A DNA stretch of 59,135 bases, counting the filler, from Dugesia japonica (Eukaryota), in NCBI GenBank assembly GCA_001938525.1. It is 5 parts of 5 records of this genome, joined end to end, with 100 filler letters (N's around TTAATTAATTAA, not from the genome) between each part and the next. Parts side by side here need not be neighbours in the genome. Positions count along the whole stretch, not along the records: positions 1 to 17,648 come from MQRL01646195.1; positions 17,749 to 28,657 come from MQRL01539199.1; 3 more parts are not named here. The stretch is one strand, 5' to 3'. This document shows, in pieces, positions 13,931 through 28,083 of this stretch (position 1 is its first letter; the number at the start of each line of letters is the position of its first letter). The position numbers were made by a program, and so were the translations under genes. The notes beneath the pieces are model-generated. The model was not told the DNA's origin. It saw nothing but the letters and a program-made list of their open reading frames with translations, and searched no databases.

Positions 13931-14269
13931 TCAATGATTTCTACTGAAATTTTCCATCGCTTAATAATTAGATAATATAAATGTTAGCTAAAAAATCATT
14001 AAAATTAACAAAACAAATAGTTTTAATTAATTAATAATTAATTAATAATGTTATATGTGAGGGTTTAGAAACCCCACTCTCAACTGGGACCAAAGAAGAT
14101 TTTTATAGTAAATAAAATAAAATAATAATAATTGTATAATAAAAAAAATGAAATATGGAAATCGTTAAATAGTAACTTTAAGAAAAATAATAATAATATA
14201 TACAATTTTAATATTTAGCAATATTTACAATTTTAATAGTATAAATCAGTCTTTCTTATTTCAAGAAAT

Positions 14270-15232
14270 AGGTAAGTATTATAATCATCGGATCCAAAAT
14301 GGGTTCTTGATTTAGCATTTCTAATAGACATGATCTCTTTAATGAACGAATTAAAACGAAAGCTTCAAATGAAAGGAATTTTGATTAATGAAGCATATTC
14401 AAATATAAAAGCTTTTCCAAGTAAACTAAAACTACTTAAAAAATATTTTAAAAATGAATCCCATAATTTGCTTTTGTGTTCAATAATGTTAGAACAAGAA
14501 CCTAATCTTTCCTTGTCAAATAGCAAATTTCATGATTATACCGAAATCGTGAAAAATGAATTTTCGACTCAGTTTTCTGACTTTCACAGCCGTTCCAAAG
14601 AAATTGAACCTTTTCAAAATCCATTGAAGTTAAAATTGAAGACGTTTCCAATTAACCTGNNNNNNNNNNNNNNNNNNNNNNNNNNNNNNNNNTTTTTTAA
14701 AATCAACTTTAGACACTGCTTTTGTCACGTAGCGGAAAAGATTTTATTCTAGCGTACCAAATTCTGATTTTAAACGTTTAAAAAAAATTTCGACTGGATT
14801 AATAATAATTTTTGCAAGTACATATATCTGCGAACAGAAATTTTCAAAGTTAAATTATATAAAATACAAAGTTCGTATTAGAATGACTGATGTAAACTTG
14901 CATGTAATATTGAGAACAGGGGTTACCAATTAAAAGCCGAACTACAACGAATTGCTAAAAAATTTGAAACGATTCCAAATTTCACATTAATTATTTTGTT
15001 TTAATAATATTATTATTATTTTTGTTTCGTTTGATTTTGTAAAATGGATTTTTCTGATTTTTAGTTTTTCCTAAAAGAAAATTTTGAAAAAATAAATTTT
15101 TTTGAAAAACTATTTTAATAAAAGTAAAATTATTTCTGGAAGGTGAAAATGTAAAAAATGTTAAACTCCAATGGCACAAGCTCTTATCCAGGACATGTAT
15201 TCTTGCCCCTTCACCCGAAAAGGTTGCTATAC
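14270..15232 (+). mobile_element. Degenerate hAT (SPIN/GTF2IRD2-like) transposase C-terminus
   Basis: DPKWVLDLAFLIDM..NELKRKLQ and FASTYICEQKFSKLNYIK..R.RMTD.NL; decayed terminus near 15205-15232. Confidence 0.75.
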
Positions 15233-15489
15233 ATAATAATAATTACTAAATATAGTAATTTTAAATAAATAAACAAAATAAATACCAAATATAGTAATAT
15301 ACATGCAAAATCATCTTTACTTGTTAAATTGATCCTTTTGTCTTAAGGTGTATTATGTAATAAACTATTATTTCATTCTGTCTTTATATTTTATTTTAGT
15401 ATTAGATAACCATGAAAGTTCGTTTAGTTTTTAAATAAAAATAATTAAGTCAAATAAGAATGCTTAGAACATAAACTAAATAAAAGTTT

Positions 15490-16420
15490 ATTCATTAAAA
15501 TAATCTCCTTCACATTTTACCATACTTATCCAACAAGATGACAGTTTATAAATCCCTTTTTTAAATAAAATTTCAAATCTTTTGAAGCGAAAAACCAGCA
15601 GACATCTAATTCAATTTCTTGTTGATTTTTGAAGATCTTTTGATTGATATGATTGTCTAGGGCCGAAAAAGATAGAATTGAGGTGGAGAAATATCTATTA
15701 AATATGGTGGATGTGGCAGAATTTCACATTTTAATTCACAAATCTTTTCTTTAATGAGTTTTTCTATGCGAGGCTTTGCGCTATCATGGAGCAACATAAC
15801 TTTCTTTCTATTGATAAGACCTGGTCGATTTTGAAGCAGCCTATCTTTTAAACGTTCTAGTTGCATTATATACAAGTCAACAGTTGCTGTCTGATCCTAT
15901 TCTAGAAGTTTGTTATGAACGATACCATCTATGTTCCAGCATACACAAACTATGATCTTCAAAGAATGAATTGGTGTGGATCTTTTGCTGGCAGCGATTT
16001 ATGAGTTTTTTTATTACTTAAGTAAATGCATTTTTCATCAGAGGTTAATAAGCAATCCAAATGGTGATATTTTTTAACGTGACAGATAGAAAGAACATAG
16101 CATAAAACTTAGCATCTTGTTTTCCTTTGTTAATAAATATGGTACTCACTTGCTTAGCTTCCAAAGTTTTCCCAATGCATGCAAATGAGTACAACATGTT
16201 TAATCACTTATATCAAGCATTCCAGTTAACTCTTCGCATGTTAAACTTGAATTCATTTAAATAATTTCCATTAAATCGTCATCATTGATCTTTGATGGTC
16301 TCCAGGACGTAGAGCATCTTCAAGTAACTCATTGTCCTTCATGAATTTTGCAAACGACTTTTGGTCAGCTCTTTCTGGCCTTGGACCAGAGCTTGAACTC
16401 GTATAGTAAACATGCTCTAA
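15490..16420 (-). mobile_element. Degenerate mariner transposase
   Basis: LLHDSAKPR...ILPHPPYLIDISP.QFYLFR (decayed HDNARPH and HPPYSPDLAPSDY motifs); boundaries approximate. Confidence 0.8.
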
Positions 16421-16614
16421 TTATATAGAAATCAACGAAAATTTTGAATTTTAAAAGAGTGATCAATTTTTTATGGAAATTATGGAAACAAATTTCATTT
16501 AATCGAATTATAAATTTTCAATATATTACCATAATAACATTTAAATATCTTTATACAATTACTTATGCTTCGTTATTTTATGTATATATAAAACCGAACT
16601 TTATTGCTATTTAT

Positions 16615-17210
16615 TAAATTAAATACACGTTATAAAATAAACAAAAACCAAACCTTATATTACATTATATTATACGGACAATAGAAAAAAAGAAATTATT
16701 TTCTATTGAAATTGAAAAAATGGAATCAAAAACATTTTATTAAAATAAAGAAAAAGCTTCGATCAAATTGTAATTATAAAAAACATTTTAATTGAAAAAA
16801 TATTTTAAATATACAAGGAATTAAGAACATATTAAATGAAAAAATATAAGATGAAACATTTAAATTTCAAAATAAATTGAAATATATAAATTAAAGAATG
16901 CGAATAGAAAATTCTAATTTGAGCCTTCAATTTCAGAAGGCTGACTTTATCTGTTAAGCTTTGGAGGCCATCTATTTCTTCTGCTAATAGTAGCAAAAAT
17001 TTATTCTGTAATTAAAATGTTTCATCTTATATTTTTCCATTTAATATATTCTTAATTCCTTGTATATTTAAAATATTATTTCAATTAAAATAGTTTTGAT
17101 TCTACTTTTTCAATTTCAATAGAAAATAATTCTATTTTTTAAATAATCCGTATATTATATATCACAAAGAGATTTGATTTTAATTTTATATTATGTAATT
17201 TCAAAATTAA
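16615..17210. mobile_element. Foldback/MITE-like element with long inverted arms
   Basis: About 16665-16863 is the inverted copy of about 17012-17160 (e.g. AATATACAAGGAATTAAGAA / TTCTTAATTCCTTGTATATT); left arm carries a 39-bp insertion. Confidence 0.65.
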
Positions 17211-17280
17211 TTACCGTAAAATTGGTAATGGAATTTAACCATAATTACCGGTTTACCGGAAACCGGTAATGCATGCTATA

Positions 17281-17512
17281 GTAAAGATACATACATAAGT
17301 GAAAAATGCAGAACACGAATAAAAGAACATTTCAAGCAGAAAGAAAACAAAGTCTTCATACACTTTCAACATAAACATAAAATTTCACTGGACAACATTT
17401 TATAACATGGGAAACATTAGGAAGAGGCTACATTTATACACTTCACGGGAAGAAATGTGAAGAAATATTAATCAAAGAAGATAAACTTAAAATCAATGTA
17501 ATTTGTGGTAAT
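17281..17512 (+). mobile_element. Penelope-like GIY-YIG fragment, same family as 1-300
   Basis: Similar to 75-290: RIKEH, ITWETLGRGY, LIKEDK. Confidence 0.7.
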
Positions 17513-17648
17513 TAAAATAAATAACCCAATTACCGGTAGTGGTTTTTTTTTAATAAAAATAAATAATCCAATAAACATTCATTAAAATTGAATAAATTGT
17601 GAAATTAGTTAGATTTTAACTTGAATAAATCAAAAAGTTAAATTTTCC

Positions 17649-17748
17649 NNNNNNNNNNNNNNNNNNNNNNNNNNNNNNNNNNNNNNNNNNNNTTAATTAA
17701 TTAANNNNNNNNNNNNNNNNNNNNNNNNNNNNNNNNNNNNNNNNNNNN
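17649..17748. other. Artificial contig spacer (44N-TTAATTAATTAA-44N)
   Basis: Exactly 100 bp, six-frame stop linker; identical at four places. Confidence 0.9.
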
Positions 17749-17939
17749 GTAATTTTTACATTTTTCCATTTAAGTTTTCTGTATTGATTTTTTGTAAAAG
17801 AAAATTTAACAAATCTTAAAAACTTTCAGCTTTTATCCTATCATGTATTATCTAATTAATAAAAGGCACTAAATAAGGTTTTATTTTTAACATGAGAATC
17901 AAAATAATCAATAACCATAAATCTATCTTTTTTCATTTA

Positions 17940-18233
17940 TAGGGAACCCAAAAATCCGCGTTTTTAAGAACGGATTTGCATTTTGTGCAAATTATGTTTT
18001 CTACTATAAAATATAATTCTTATATAATTTANNNNNNNNNNNNNNNNNNNNNNNNNNNNNNNNNNNNNNNNNNNNNNNNNNNNNNNNNNNNNNNNNNNNN
18101 NNNNNNNNNNNNNNNNNNNNNNNNNNNNNNNNNNNNNNNNNNNNNNNNNNNNNTAACGTATATTGATCATTAAATGTTGTCTTATTTATTGAATAAATCC
18201 GTTCCTTAAAGAACGCTGTACTTTGGTCCCCAT
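17940..18233. mobile_element. MITE with about 38-bp imperfect terminal inverted repeats
   Basis: TAGGGAACCCAAAAATCCGCGTTTTTAAGAACGGATTT versus AAATCCGTTCCTTAAAGAACGCTGTACTTTGGTCCCCATA. Confidence 0.6.
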
Positions 18234-18343
18234 ATATAGTTTATTTATTATATAATTTATTTATTATATTTACTTATTTATAATACTTACTAACAATATC
18301 TTGTAATGGCATTACGTTTTTATTTGAATTTTATTTTGTGTAG

Positions 18344-18964
18344 ATTATGGAAGAATATAATGAAGCTGTATCTCCCTTGCGATTGGTTTTATTCGATGAT
18401 GCTTTGGAGCATTTAACAAGAATTCACAGAACTATTCGAATGGATGGAGGTCATGCTTTACTCGTTGGAGTTGGAGGATCAGGAAAACAATCTTTAACAA
18501 AATTAGCGGCTTACACAGCGGGTTGTGATATTTTTGAAATAGCACTCAGCAGAGGATATTCGGAAAAAGATTTAAGAGAAAATTTGAAAACATTGTACAA
18601 CAAACTTGGTATAGAAAATAAATCCACAGTATTTATGTTTGGTGATCAACATGTAGTAGAAGAAGGTTTTTTTATCCTCAATATTTTTTATAATCTCAGT
18701 TATTGCTTATTTAACAGGTTTTCTGGAATTGATAAACAATATGTTATCATCAGGAATTGTTCCAGCTCTATTTGCAGATGACGAAAGAGAGTCTTTAATT
18801 AGCCAAGTAAGAAATGAAGCTAGTGCTGCAGGAATGGGACCTTCTAAAGAATCAATTTGGCAATATTTTGTTAACAAATGCGCTAGCAATTTACACATCA
18901 TATTATGCATGAGTCCGGTAAGTCAAATATTGATTTATTATTAGTATTATTATTATTATTATTA

Positions 18965-19016
<52 letters not shown>

Positions 19017-19066
19017 NNNNNNNNNNNNNNNNNNNNNNNNNNNNNNNNNNNNNNNNNNNNNNNNNN

Positions 19067-19129
<63 letters not shown>

Positions 19130-22100
19130 TTATTTCAATTTTATTTTTATTAGGTTGGTGAAACATTAAGAACAAGATGCAGAAACTTTCCCGGAGTTGT
19201 CAATAATACCACAATTGATTGGTTCTTTCCTTGGCCGGAACAAGCTTTGTATGCAGTGGCAAGTGTGTTCATTGGTCCAGAAAATCAATTGATTCCGGAT
19301 GATCACAGAATTGAAATTGTGAAACACTTTGTAATGGTTCATTTGAGCGTTGAAGATTATAGTAAAGAATTTATGCAAAAATTCAGAAGAGGAAATTATG
19401 TTACACCTAAAAATTATCTGGATTTCATTAATACCTATTTAAAGTAAGCTAAAATGGAGAGATGTTTTATTTATTTATTTCATTAGTCTATTAGTTTCGT
19501 AATTAATTTCTATAATTTTTAAAATTTATTAAATCGTTGAACCAAAATATAAAGTTGAAATCATACTAGAAAATAAATTTATTTATTGAATTTATATTTA
19601 TCTGGAAATACAAACCATTGAATTAGGTTGATCTATAGAATTTTTATTACTTTGATATCTAAAGTAATTTATTTAACCTTATTATTTGTGACATATCTTA
19701 CATCTTTACTAATATTATTTTACCTTGTAACCTTTTCACAAACTATTGATAACCCTATCTTCCCATATCTTCTTATATTCACATGGTACATAAGTTAGGG
19801 TAAGCTTGGATTATGTCTGTCAAAAGATTACAAATGAACACAATATTAATCATTACCCAAATAATTACAATGAGGAGTTTGGAAAATAATAATACAGATA
19901 ATTGGAGTTTAATTCATCAATTAAAATTGTTACGAGAATATTTGTTGCACTTAACCATGGATCGCAAAATCCTGGAAGAAGTCTATCGTCGAAAATTCGG
20001 ATTGCTAGCATGAACAAAAAATTATCATTTTTATCTGAGCTTATTAATTTTTTCGAAGCTTTAATTCATGACACCAGCAAGATAAATTTGGAAAGTTTTC
20101 TATGAATGTTAATTAAAAGACTTTATTTTATTTGGATTAAGTGATATTTTTAATTGAATATAGATAAAAAAAATTTCATTATTAAATAGTAGATTGGTCA
20201 CATTTGAAATAAATAGCATCATAGAATTACTTCAGAAAATAATTGACAGATAACTTGAAATGCGGGTCTATCCAAGTGGTTTGAAATTCATTACTGACAA
20301 AACTCTTGAAGCATTTTGAGTTTGATTATTATATAATTATTTAGATAAATTTATATTAAATATTTTTGCATATCTTTCTTTTAATTTTGTATTTTTTTAA
20401 AATTCTTACAAATGTTGATTACGACTTTAATATTAATTTTGAAGTTTTCTCATTTGCTCTTTACCAATCGCGTTTAAAAATCTGTGCACCAATTGCATTT
20501 CTTCTTGGCTAAGCGCTAATTTCTATAACAATAGAAACTTAAATTATTTCTTAATTAAAAATAAAAGAACGCCATTTAATAAAATATTTATTGACAATTA
20601 GTTTCGACGGAATAACCAGGCAACTAAAAATCATTAAAAAGTTTAAATGATGATGTAACTTCAATTCTGTAATATCAAAAAATAATCAATAAAATAATTT
20701 TAAGAACGATGCTGAATCCATCAACTGATCATTAATTTTAGGATTTAATGCCTTCATCAACAAAGCTTCCCAGATCACTCTCTCCCAATAATTATTAAAC
20801 CCACTGCACAAGATCTTAAAATGAGAAAACGTTATTGAATAATTCAATTTGAATAAATACATTTTCTTTGATGCTCAACAATATTACCATTTCAACTATG
20901 CTCTTGGACTCTGGTGCAGAAATTACGGGAAGTCTCTCCAATGTATGTGGCGTTACACCCATTACATTTAAATTGACAGACCACATCAGAACACAAGCCT
21001 AAAGGGATTATAGATTTATTATTGTACATATTTATAACATTGTGAGATTTAGATACAATTTTTATATGTTAAATATTCTTAAGAGCATTTTCAATTGAAA
21101 GTTTAAATCTTTTAAATTCTTCAGAATAAGATATTGATAAAACAATTTTAAGATTTGTTTCTGCAACGTCAGCATGAGACAAATTACTGTTTAGTTTATT
21201 AAAAATTTCATAAACTAATTTGTCTGTAGGCAATTTAGAATACCCATTTTATTAAATAATTCGATTAATTTATTTAGACTCTTATCTACTTTGATAAAAG
21301 TAGAAGAGATTGTAACGATTATTCCGTCGAAATTAATTATCAATAAATATTGTATTAAATGGCGTTTTTTTATTTTTTATGAAAAAGTTGCATTTGCTTT
21401 TTGATTATTTATTAATTTATTCATTTAATTGAATATTTATTTATTTATTTGTGAATATTTACATTGCAGATTGCTACAAGACAAAGACAAATTTACTGAA
21501 AGTCAATGTGATAGATTACAAGGAGGTTTACAAAAACTAGCAGAAGCTTCTGTTCAATTGGCAGAATTAAATGATAAACTAGCTATTCAAAAAGTAGCTG
21601 TAACAGAAAAGACAATTGCTTGCGAAAATCTTTTAAAAGAAATAACTTCTCGTACTCAAATTGCAACTGAGAAAAAAGAACTTGCCCAAGAAAAAAGTCA
21701 GAGTGTAGCAGTACAATCGAAGGAAATTGAAAAAGAAAAGGTTTTTAGTGAATTTATTTCTTAGTTAAACCAATTTTTATTAGGGCGAGGCTGAGGCAGC
21801 TTTGGTAGAAGCTCTTCCAGTGCTCGAACAAGCAAGGTTGGCATTAGATGATTTGGAGAAAAATGATGTTGTTGAAATTCGATCTTTTGCTAAACCACCA
21901 AAACCTGTTCAGGTTGTCTCGGAATGTATTGCAGTATTCAAAAATTATAAGGAAATCAATTGGAAAGTTGCCAAAGGTATGATGGCTGATCCTAGTTTTT
22001 TGCAGTCTCTTCAAACCATGGATGTTGATAATATTACTCTTAAACAATCAAACGTTGTCAGAGGTAATTTTTTTCAATTTACTTTGAACAAGATTAACAT

Positions 22101-23990
22101 AACTTATTATTAATTTTGAAATTATTTACAATATTTCAGAAATTAAACATTAAAATTTTACGAGGAAAATTTAATACAAAAAATATTTTTACCAAATTTT
22201 TTATACATCCATTATTGAGATTTTGTATTTTTAAATGTTGAATGTATATTTCTAAATATCTTAAAAATTTCATATAAAATTAAAATGAAATACATTTGAT
22301 TTAACAAACTGACCCCAAATTTTATTTAATTTTGACATAATCTTTACAATGTCAATTGTAAATTAATTTAGATAAATTTTTGAAAATAATAAATAAAAAA
22401 TGTTGCAATTTAACCAGGAAGACAATTATAATTTTTTCCGGGAAATGTTCTATATCCCTGTGATGTTTCATATGCAATTCGAGGAATATATTTATATTAT
22501 ATTTATGCATAAATATTTTTATATATTATAAATAGTTATTGTACTGTTTATATTTATATTTTTATTAATAACATTTATATACTAAATAGAAATTAAAAAT
22601 TAAATACAAATTTGTACAAATTTTATCTTAAGTATTGATTTATCATACTTTCTTTATTTTCTTATTCTTCTCATTCCTCTTCTTCCTCTTCTTATTCTTC
22701 TCATTCCTCTTCTTCCTCTTCTTCTTCATATTCTTCTTTTTCCCTTTCTTCTTCTTCCTTTTCTTTTTTTTATTCCTACTCTTTTTCTTGCTCTTTTTTT
22801 GTGCTTTTCTTTGCTGTATTATTATTTGTTAAATGAACATGTAATGAGTTAAACATAACAAATGTAGGCATTATGCATTAACCTATTTATTTATACTTTA
22901 AGAATTAGTGATGTGAACACAAGTATAAACAAAATCAAATAAAAATGAGCAAAATCCAATAAATAAATATCAATGAATAACTAAATTCAAATTCATCTTA
23001 ATAAAATAATAAAATCGAATATTTTCACATTTTAGATTCTCTTGATAAATTGAAAATTTCTCTTGACGAAATGAAATCCGTCAGTAAAGCAGGATACGGT
23101 TTATTAAAATTTGTTACTGCCGTATTGGGATATACAGATGTGGCTAGAGAAATAAAACCAAAAAGAGAAAAAGTAGCAAGATTAGAGAAAACATTCGGAC
23201 AAGTAAAGAATTTAATTAATATTCTATAATCATAATAAAAGTTATTTATTAATTATTATCATCACAAAATGAAGAATCAGTCGAAATGCCTGAAAAATTT
23301 TTTTTTTAATGCTGATCATTTATTTTTAAAATTTAGTTTTTCTATTACGTTTTTCAATTATTTATTATTTATTATGGTTTCTAATAAATAAAGGTAGCAA
23401 TAATGAACTAAATAAATTGAAATTCGCAATTGAAAATTCTTTATAAAAAAATTGAACATTAATTAGTTCTTCCAGTTTATTATTCCTCACTGATTCCTTG
23501 AAATTACTCTTTTTTATCACAATTATTTTATTTATACTTTTGATTTTCTTTGTGTGTTAAGGTTTTACTATCTTTATATTTTACGAACAATTTGTTTTGT
23601 AATTATGAAGTCTTACCAGTCATTAACGAGTGTTGATGTGGTTTTACAAAATACCATCAACAATATTTCTTTGTAGTGTTTTTCTATTTATATTTTAACA
23701 CTTTTATTGCTTCCGACGACAAAAATGATTCCAAAATTAATTTTTTTCTTCTTTATTTAGTTATGTTCTTTTTTCTTCCTTATGAAATTATATTTTTTTT
23801 AAAATAAACATTAAATGATAAAAATTAGAATATTAATCAATGTTATTGTTAGACCCAATCTTCGAATCATAATTTTATTCAAGAAAAATAAGACGTTCTT
23901 TTTAATTTGCATTATTTAAACAAATTATAATTGTTAAAAACTTCAATCTAAAATAGAGTATTATTATTTATTATTTTATTATTATTATTA

Positions 23991-24040
<50 letters not shown>

Positions 24041-24090
24041 NNNNNNNNNNNNNNNNNNNNNNNNNNNNNNNNNNNNNNNNNNNNNNNNNN

Positions 24091-24156
<66 letters not shown>

Positions 24157-26780
24157 TTAGAATAAACGTGAATTAGAAAAAGTTAATAATGAAATTGATA
24201 AACTTCAATCGGAACTCAGAGACCTCAACAAGCGATATGAATTGGCAACTGACGAACGACAACGATTACAGGAAGAAACTGATATTATGCAGAGACGTTT
24301 AAATGCAGCTGATAAATTAATTAATGGTCTCAGTTCAGAAAATAAAAGATGGTTAATTGATCTTCAATTGCTTAAAGATCAAAAAGTTAGACTTCTTGGA
24401 GATTGTTTGGTTTGTTCTGCTTTCTTGAGTTATGTTGGTGCATTTTCATGGGAATTCCGTAAAGAAATGGTTTATAATCATTGGAGAAATGATGTTGTTC
24501 AAAGAAACATTCCAATGAGTGATCCATTCAGATTAGAAGACATATTAACCAATGATGTAGAAATATCGAAATGGAATTCGGAGGGATTACCTCCTGATGA
24601 ACTTAGTATTCAAAATGGTATTTTAACAACTCGTGCTTCAAGATTCCCACTTTGTATTGATCCTCAGCAGCAAGCATTAAATTGGATTATTCAAAAAGAA
24701 GAACCAAATAATTTGAAAACAGCAACATTTAACGATTCCGACTTTTTAAAGCAATTGGAATTAGCTATTAAATATGGAATTCCTTTTCTATTCAAAGATG
24801 TCGATGAATATATTGATCCAGTTATTGATAATGTGTTAGAAAAGAATATCAAAGGTGATCAAGGCAGAGAATTTGTTATTTTAGGCGATAAAGAAGTTGA
24901 TTTTGATCCGAATTTTAGATTATATTTAAATACAAAGTTATCCAATCCAAAATATGGTCCAAACATATTTGGCAAATCTATGGTGATCAATTATACTGTT
25001 ACTTTAAAAGGTCTCGAAGATCAATTATTGAGTGTTATTGTTAAATTTGAAAGGAAAGAACTGGAAGAACAAAGAGAACGGCTTATTCTAGAAACAAGTG
25101 ACAATAAACGTTTGTTAAAAGATTTAGAAGATTCATTGTTAAGAGAATTGGCTACTAGTACAGGAAATATGCTTGATAACACTGAGCTAATCAATACATT
25201 AGAGGAAACAAAATCCAAGGCATCCGAAGTATCAGAAAAATTAAAATTAGGTGCACGGACATCAGAGGAAATTGATAAGCACAGAGATGGATATCGTGAA
25301 GCTGCAAAAAGGGGAGCAATCTTGTTTTTTGTTCTTGCTGAAATGTCATCTATTAATTCAATGTATCAATATTCTCTTTCTGCATATTTAGATGTGTTTA
25401 AATTTTCTCTCAAGAAAAGTTTACCGGATGGTAATCTACAAAAACGACTACATAATATGATGAGTACTTTAACTAGAAATGTATACAGCTATGGGTGTAC
25501 TGGAATTTTTGAAAAACATAAACTACTTTTCACTTTTCAAATCACTTTGAAATTAGAAATGGATAAAGGAAATTTAACTCAAGAAGAATTGGACTTTTTC
25601 ATAAAAGGTAACACATCAATTGAAATTGCAAAGCGAAAGAAACCATTTCTTTGGATCACTGATATCAGTTGGCAAGACGTGACAAGACTTGTTGAAGTTA
25701 TTCCTTCTAAATTTTCTTCATTATTGGATGATATAGAAAGAGATGAATATTCATGGAAGCAGTGGGTAAATGATGAAACTCCAGAAACAACAGCTCTTCC
25801 GAAAGATTATTCTAACAAACTTGGTAGTTTTCAGAAATTATGTTTACTCCGATGTTTTAGAATTGATAGAATTTATCGAGCGATAACTTTATATGTCATT
25901 GAACAAATGGGAGAAGAATATGTTACACCACCTATTCTTAATTTTGAAAGAATTCATGATCAAAGTACACCATTCTCACCAATCGTTTTCATACTAAGTC
26001 CTGGATCAGATCCAGCCAGTGATGTTGTCAAATTAGCTGAACGAAGTGGTTTTGGTACCAGTAAATTGAAATTTATATCAATGGGACAAGGTCAAGAAGC
26101 CAATGCTAAATTACTCTTAGACACTGCTATTGCTCGAGGCCATTGGCTGATTTTGCAAAATTGTCATTTATTAGTTAAATGGCTAAGAGAACTTGAAAAG
26201 GATCTTGAAAAACTCAGTAAACCACATCCCGATTTCCGTTTGTGGTTAACAACAGAACCAACAGAAGCATTTCCAATTGGAATATTACAAAGATCTCTTA
26301 AAGTTGTTACAGAACCACCAAATGGATTGAAATTAAACTTACGATCAACGTACGAGAAAATCGCATTATCTTCAATGAATAACTTTAATCATCCAGCTTT
26401 CCCATCTCTTGTTTTCACATTAGCGTTTTTCCATGCTGTAGTTCAAGAGCGCAGAAAATACGGAAAAATTGGCTGGAATATACCTTACGATTTCAATGAA
26501 TCAGATTTTAGAGTTTGCATTCAGATTTTAGAAACTTATTTACAAAAGGCTGCAGATCAAGGAGATACTAAAATACCATGGGGAAGTTTGAAATATTTAA
26601 TAGGTGAAGTAATGTATGGAGGTCGAGCAATAGATGATTTTGATAGACGTATCCTAAGAACATATATGGATGAATATTTTGGTGACTTTTTGTTTGATAC
26701 CTTTCAACCATTCCACTTCTATGCAAATAAAGTTGTGAGTTATCACATCCCTCAATGTGATTCTGGAGATGACCAATTAA
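18344..26780 (+). CDS. DNAH10: Axonemal dynein heavy chain 10, internal part (AAA4, stalk, AAA5, AAA6); partial gene
   Basis: Exons 18344-18665, 18718-18917, 19154-19443, 21470-21740, 21784-22063, 23036-23202, 24161-26780, GT-AG with matching phases. [14 protein letters not shown]-loop [43 protein letters not shown] are characteristic of DNAH10; 5' and 3' exons not seen. Confidence 0.92.
18936..19127. repeat. (ATT)n microsatellite filling most of a dynein intron
   Basis: Direct reading; partly N. Confidence 0.9.
20548..21383 (-). mobile_element. Penelope-like element 3' part with inverted pLTR copy, in a dynein intron
   Basis: [25 protein letters not shown] on - strand; 20548-20615 and 21319-21383 are inverted copies. 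Confidence 0.8.
22650..22800. repeat. (CTT)-rich low-complexity tract
   Basis: TTCTTC/TTCCTC reiterations. Confidence 0.8.
23958..24156. repeat. (ATT)n microsatellite abutting the dynein splice acceptor at 24160
   Basis: Direct reading; partly N. Confidence 0.9.
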
Positions 26781-27348
26781 GTTAGTTTATCAGTTTAATT
26801 TTTTTAATTTTAATGTTTAATTCCTTATTTCAATTGTGTTACAAATAACTTGAAAAATCAAACTAAAGTGTTGACTAATCAAGTATAATAGGAATAGCCC
26901 AAGTGGTCCATAACGACCCCTGGGTTGATAAAGTAAAAATTTAAAAGTTTTTTTTTAAAGATCCTCTAATAAGCCAAACCCATCAAAATCTTGAATTTAA
27001 ATAACAAAATATTGATATAGATCAAGCGAAATCTATATAATTTTTATTTCATTTTCATGGATTCTAAAAAAAACTTAAACACAGGCCGATATGGATTCAA
27101 AATGACATTAATAATGGAATGTAAATACAACAAACAATCAGGTTATTCTTTGATTATTCTAGTTTCTTGTAAAGTCATAAAATTATTAATCTATACAATA
27201 TTCAGTGATTCCGTTNNNNNNNNNNNNNNNNNNNNNNNNNNNNNNNNNNNNNNNNNNNNNNNNNNNNNNNNNNNNNNNNNNNNNNNNNNNNNNNNNNNNN
27301 NNNNNNNNNNNNNNNNNNNNNNNNNNNNNNNNNNNNNNNNNNNNNNNN

Positions 27349-27620
27349 GGCGTAACTAGAGTTTTCGGAGTCAGAGGCAAAGTATATAATTTTTTCCTCT
27401 TCACTCTCTTCCTTAATATGTTTTCATTCCAACTATTACAATATTTTTTTACATAATAATATTTGAATAAAAAATTAAAAAATCTAAAAGAAAATATTAA
27501 TAATTCCTTAAAAAAGAAAACTTTTTTGAAATAAAATTTATCAAATAATAAATTTGGCGCCCTAAAACTCGTGGTGTCTGGGGCAATTGCCCTACTTACC
27601 TTCCTCTAGTTGCGCTACTA
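27349..27620. mobile_element. Non-autonomous DNA transposon (GGCGTAACTAG...CTAGTTGCGCTAC ends)
   Basis: Imperfect terminal inverted repeats; left end lost in an N gap. Confidence 0.5.
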
Positions 27621-27867
27621 ATATACTTTAATATTTAATTAGTTCTTAATACTAAATCTAAATACTAAACATTTTACAATTCAAATTAAACATTTTACAA
27701 ATTCAAATAAAACATTTCAAAATAAATGCAAGAATTTTAAAATCATTCTAAAATTTTAGATTTAAAAATAATTCTTCCAACCTTTAAGGAAATTTGTTTG
27801 CTGCACAAAAGTTGCTAATTGCTTATCATTTTTCTTTTGCAGTACTTTTTCTAAGTACCTCTTTTTC

Positions 27868-28083
27868 ATTTAATATAAAAGCTTAGATCAAAATCCTGAC
27901 GAAGACAAGGTTGAAATATCGATTTGTTATCCAATATCAATAATTAAAACCTAAATTTTGATCNNNNNNNNNNNNNNNNNNNNNNNNNNNNNNNNNNNNN
28001 NNNNNNNNNNNNNTTAAATGAATTCTATAAAACGATCAATGGTTAAGTCCAACAATTATTCTCGCAATAATTGCAATTGTAAA
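27868..28083 (+). mobile_element. Short Penelope pLTR insertion with inverted 5' tail
   Basis: 11-bp TSD ACCTCTTTTTC (27857-27867, 28084-28094); tail shared with 11686-11776 and 31122-31220. Confidence 0.75.
27891..27925 (+). ncRNA. Minimal type I hammerhead ribozyme (Penelope-associated), possibly weakened
   Basis: AAATC-CTGACGA-A-GAC AAG GTT-GAAA-TA-TC-GATTT: stem I AAATC/GATTT, conserved core, short stem II closed by G-U, minimal stem III. Confidence 0.55.

Noticed and set aside
18905-19153. Poly-Leu/Ile ORF, and the Phe-rich ORF 22635-22832
   Set aside because: Translations of intronic microsatellite and low-complexity DNA
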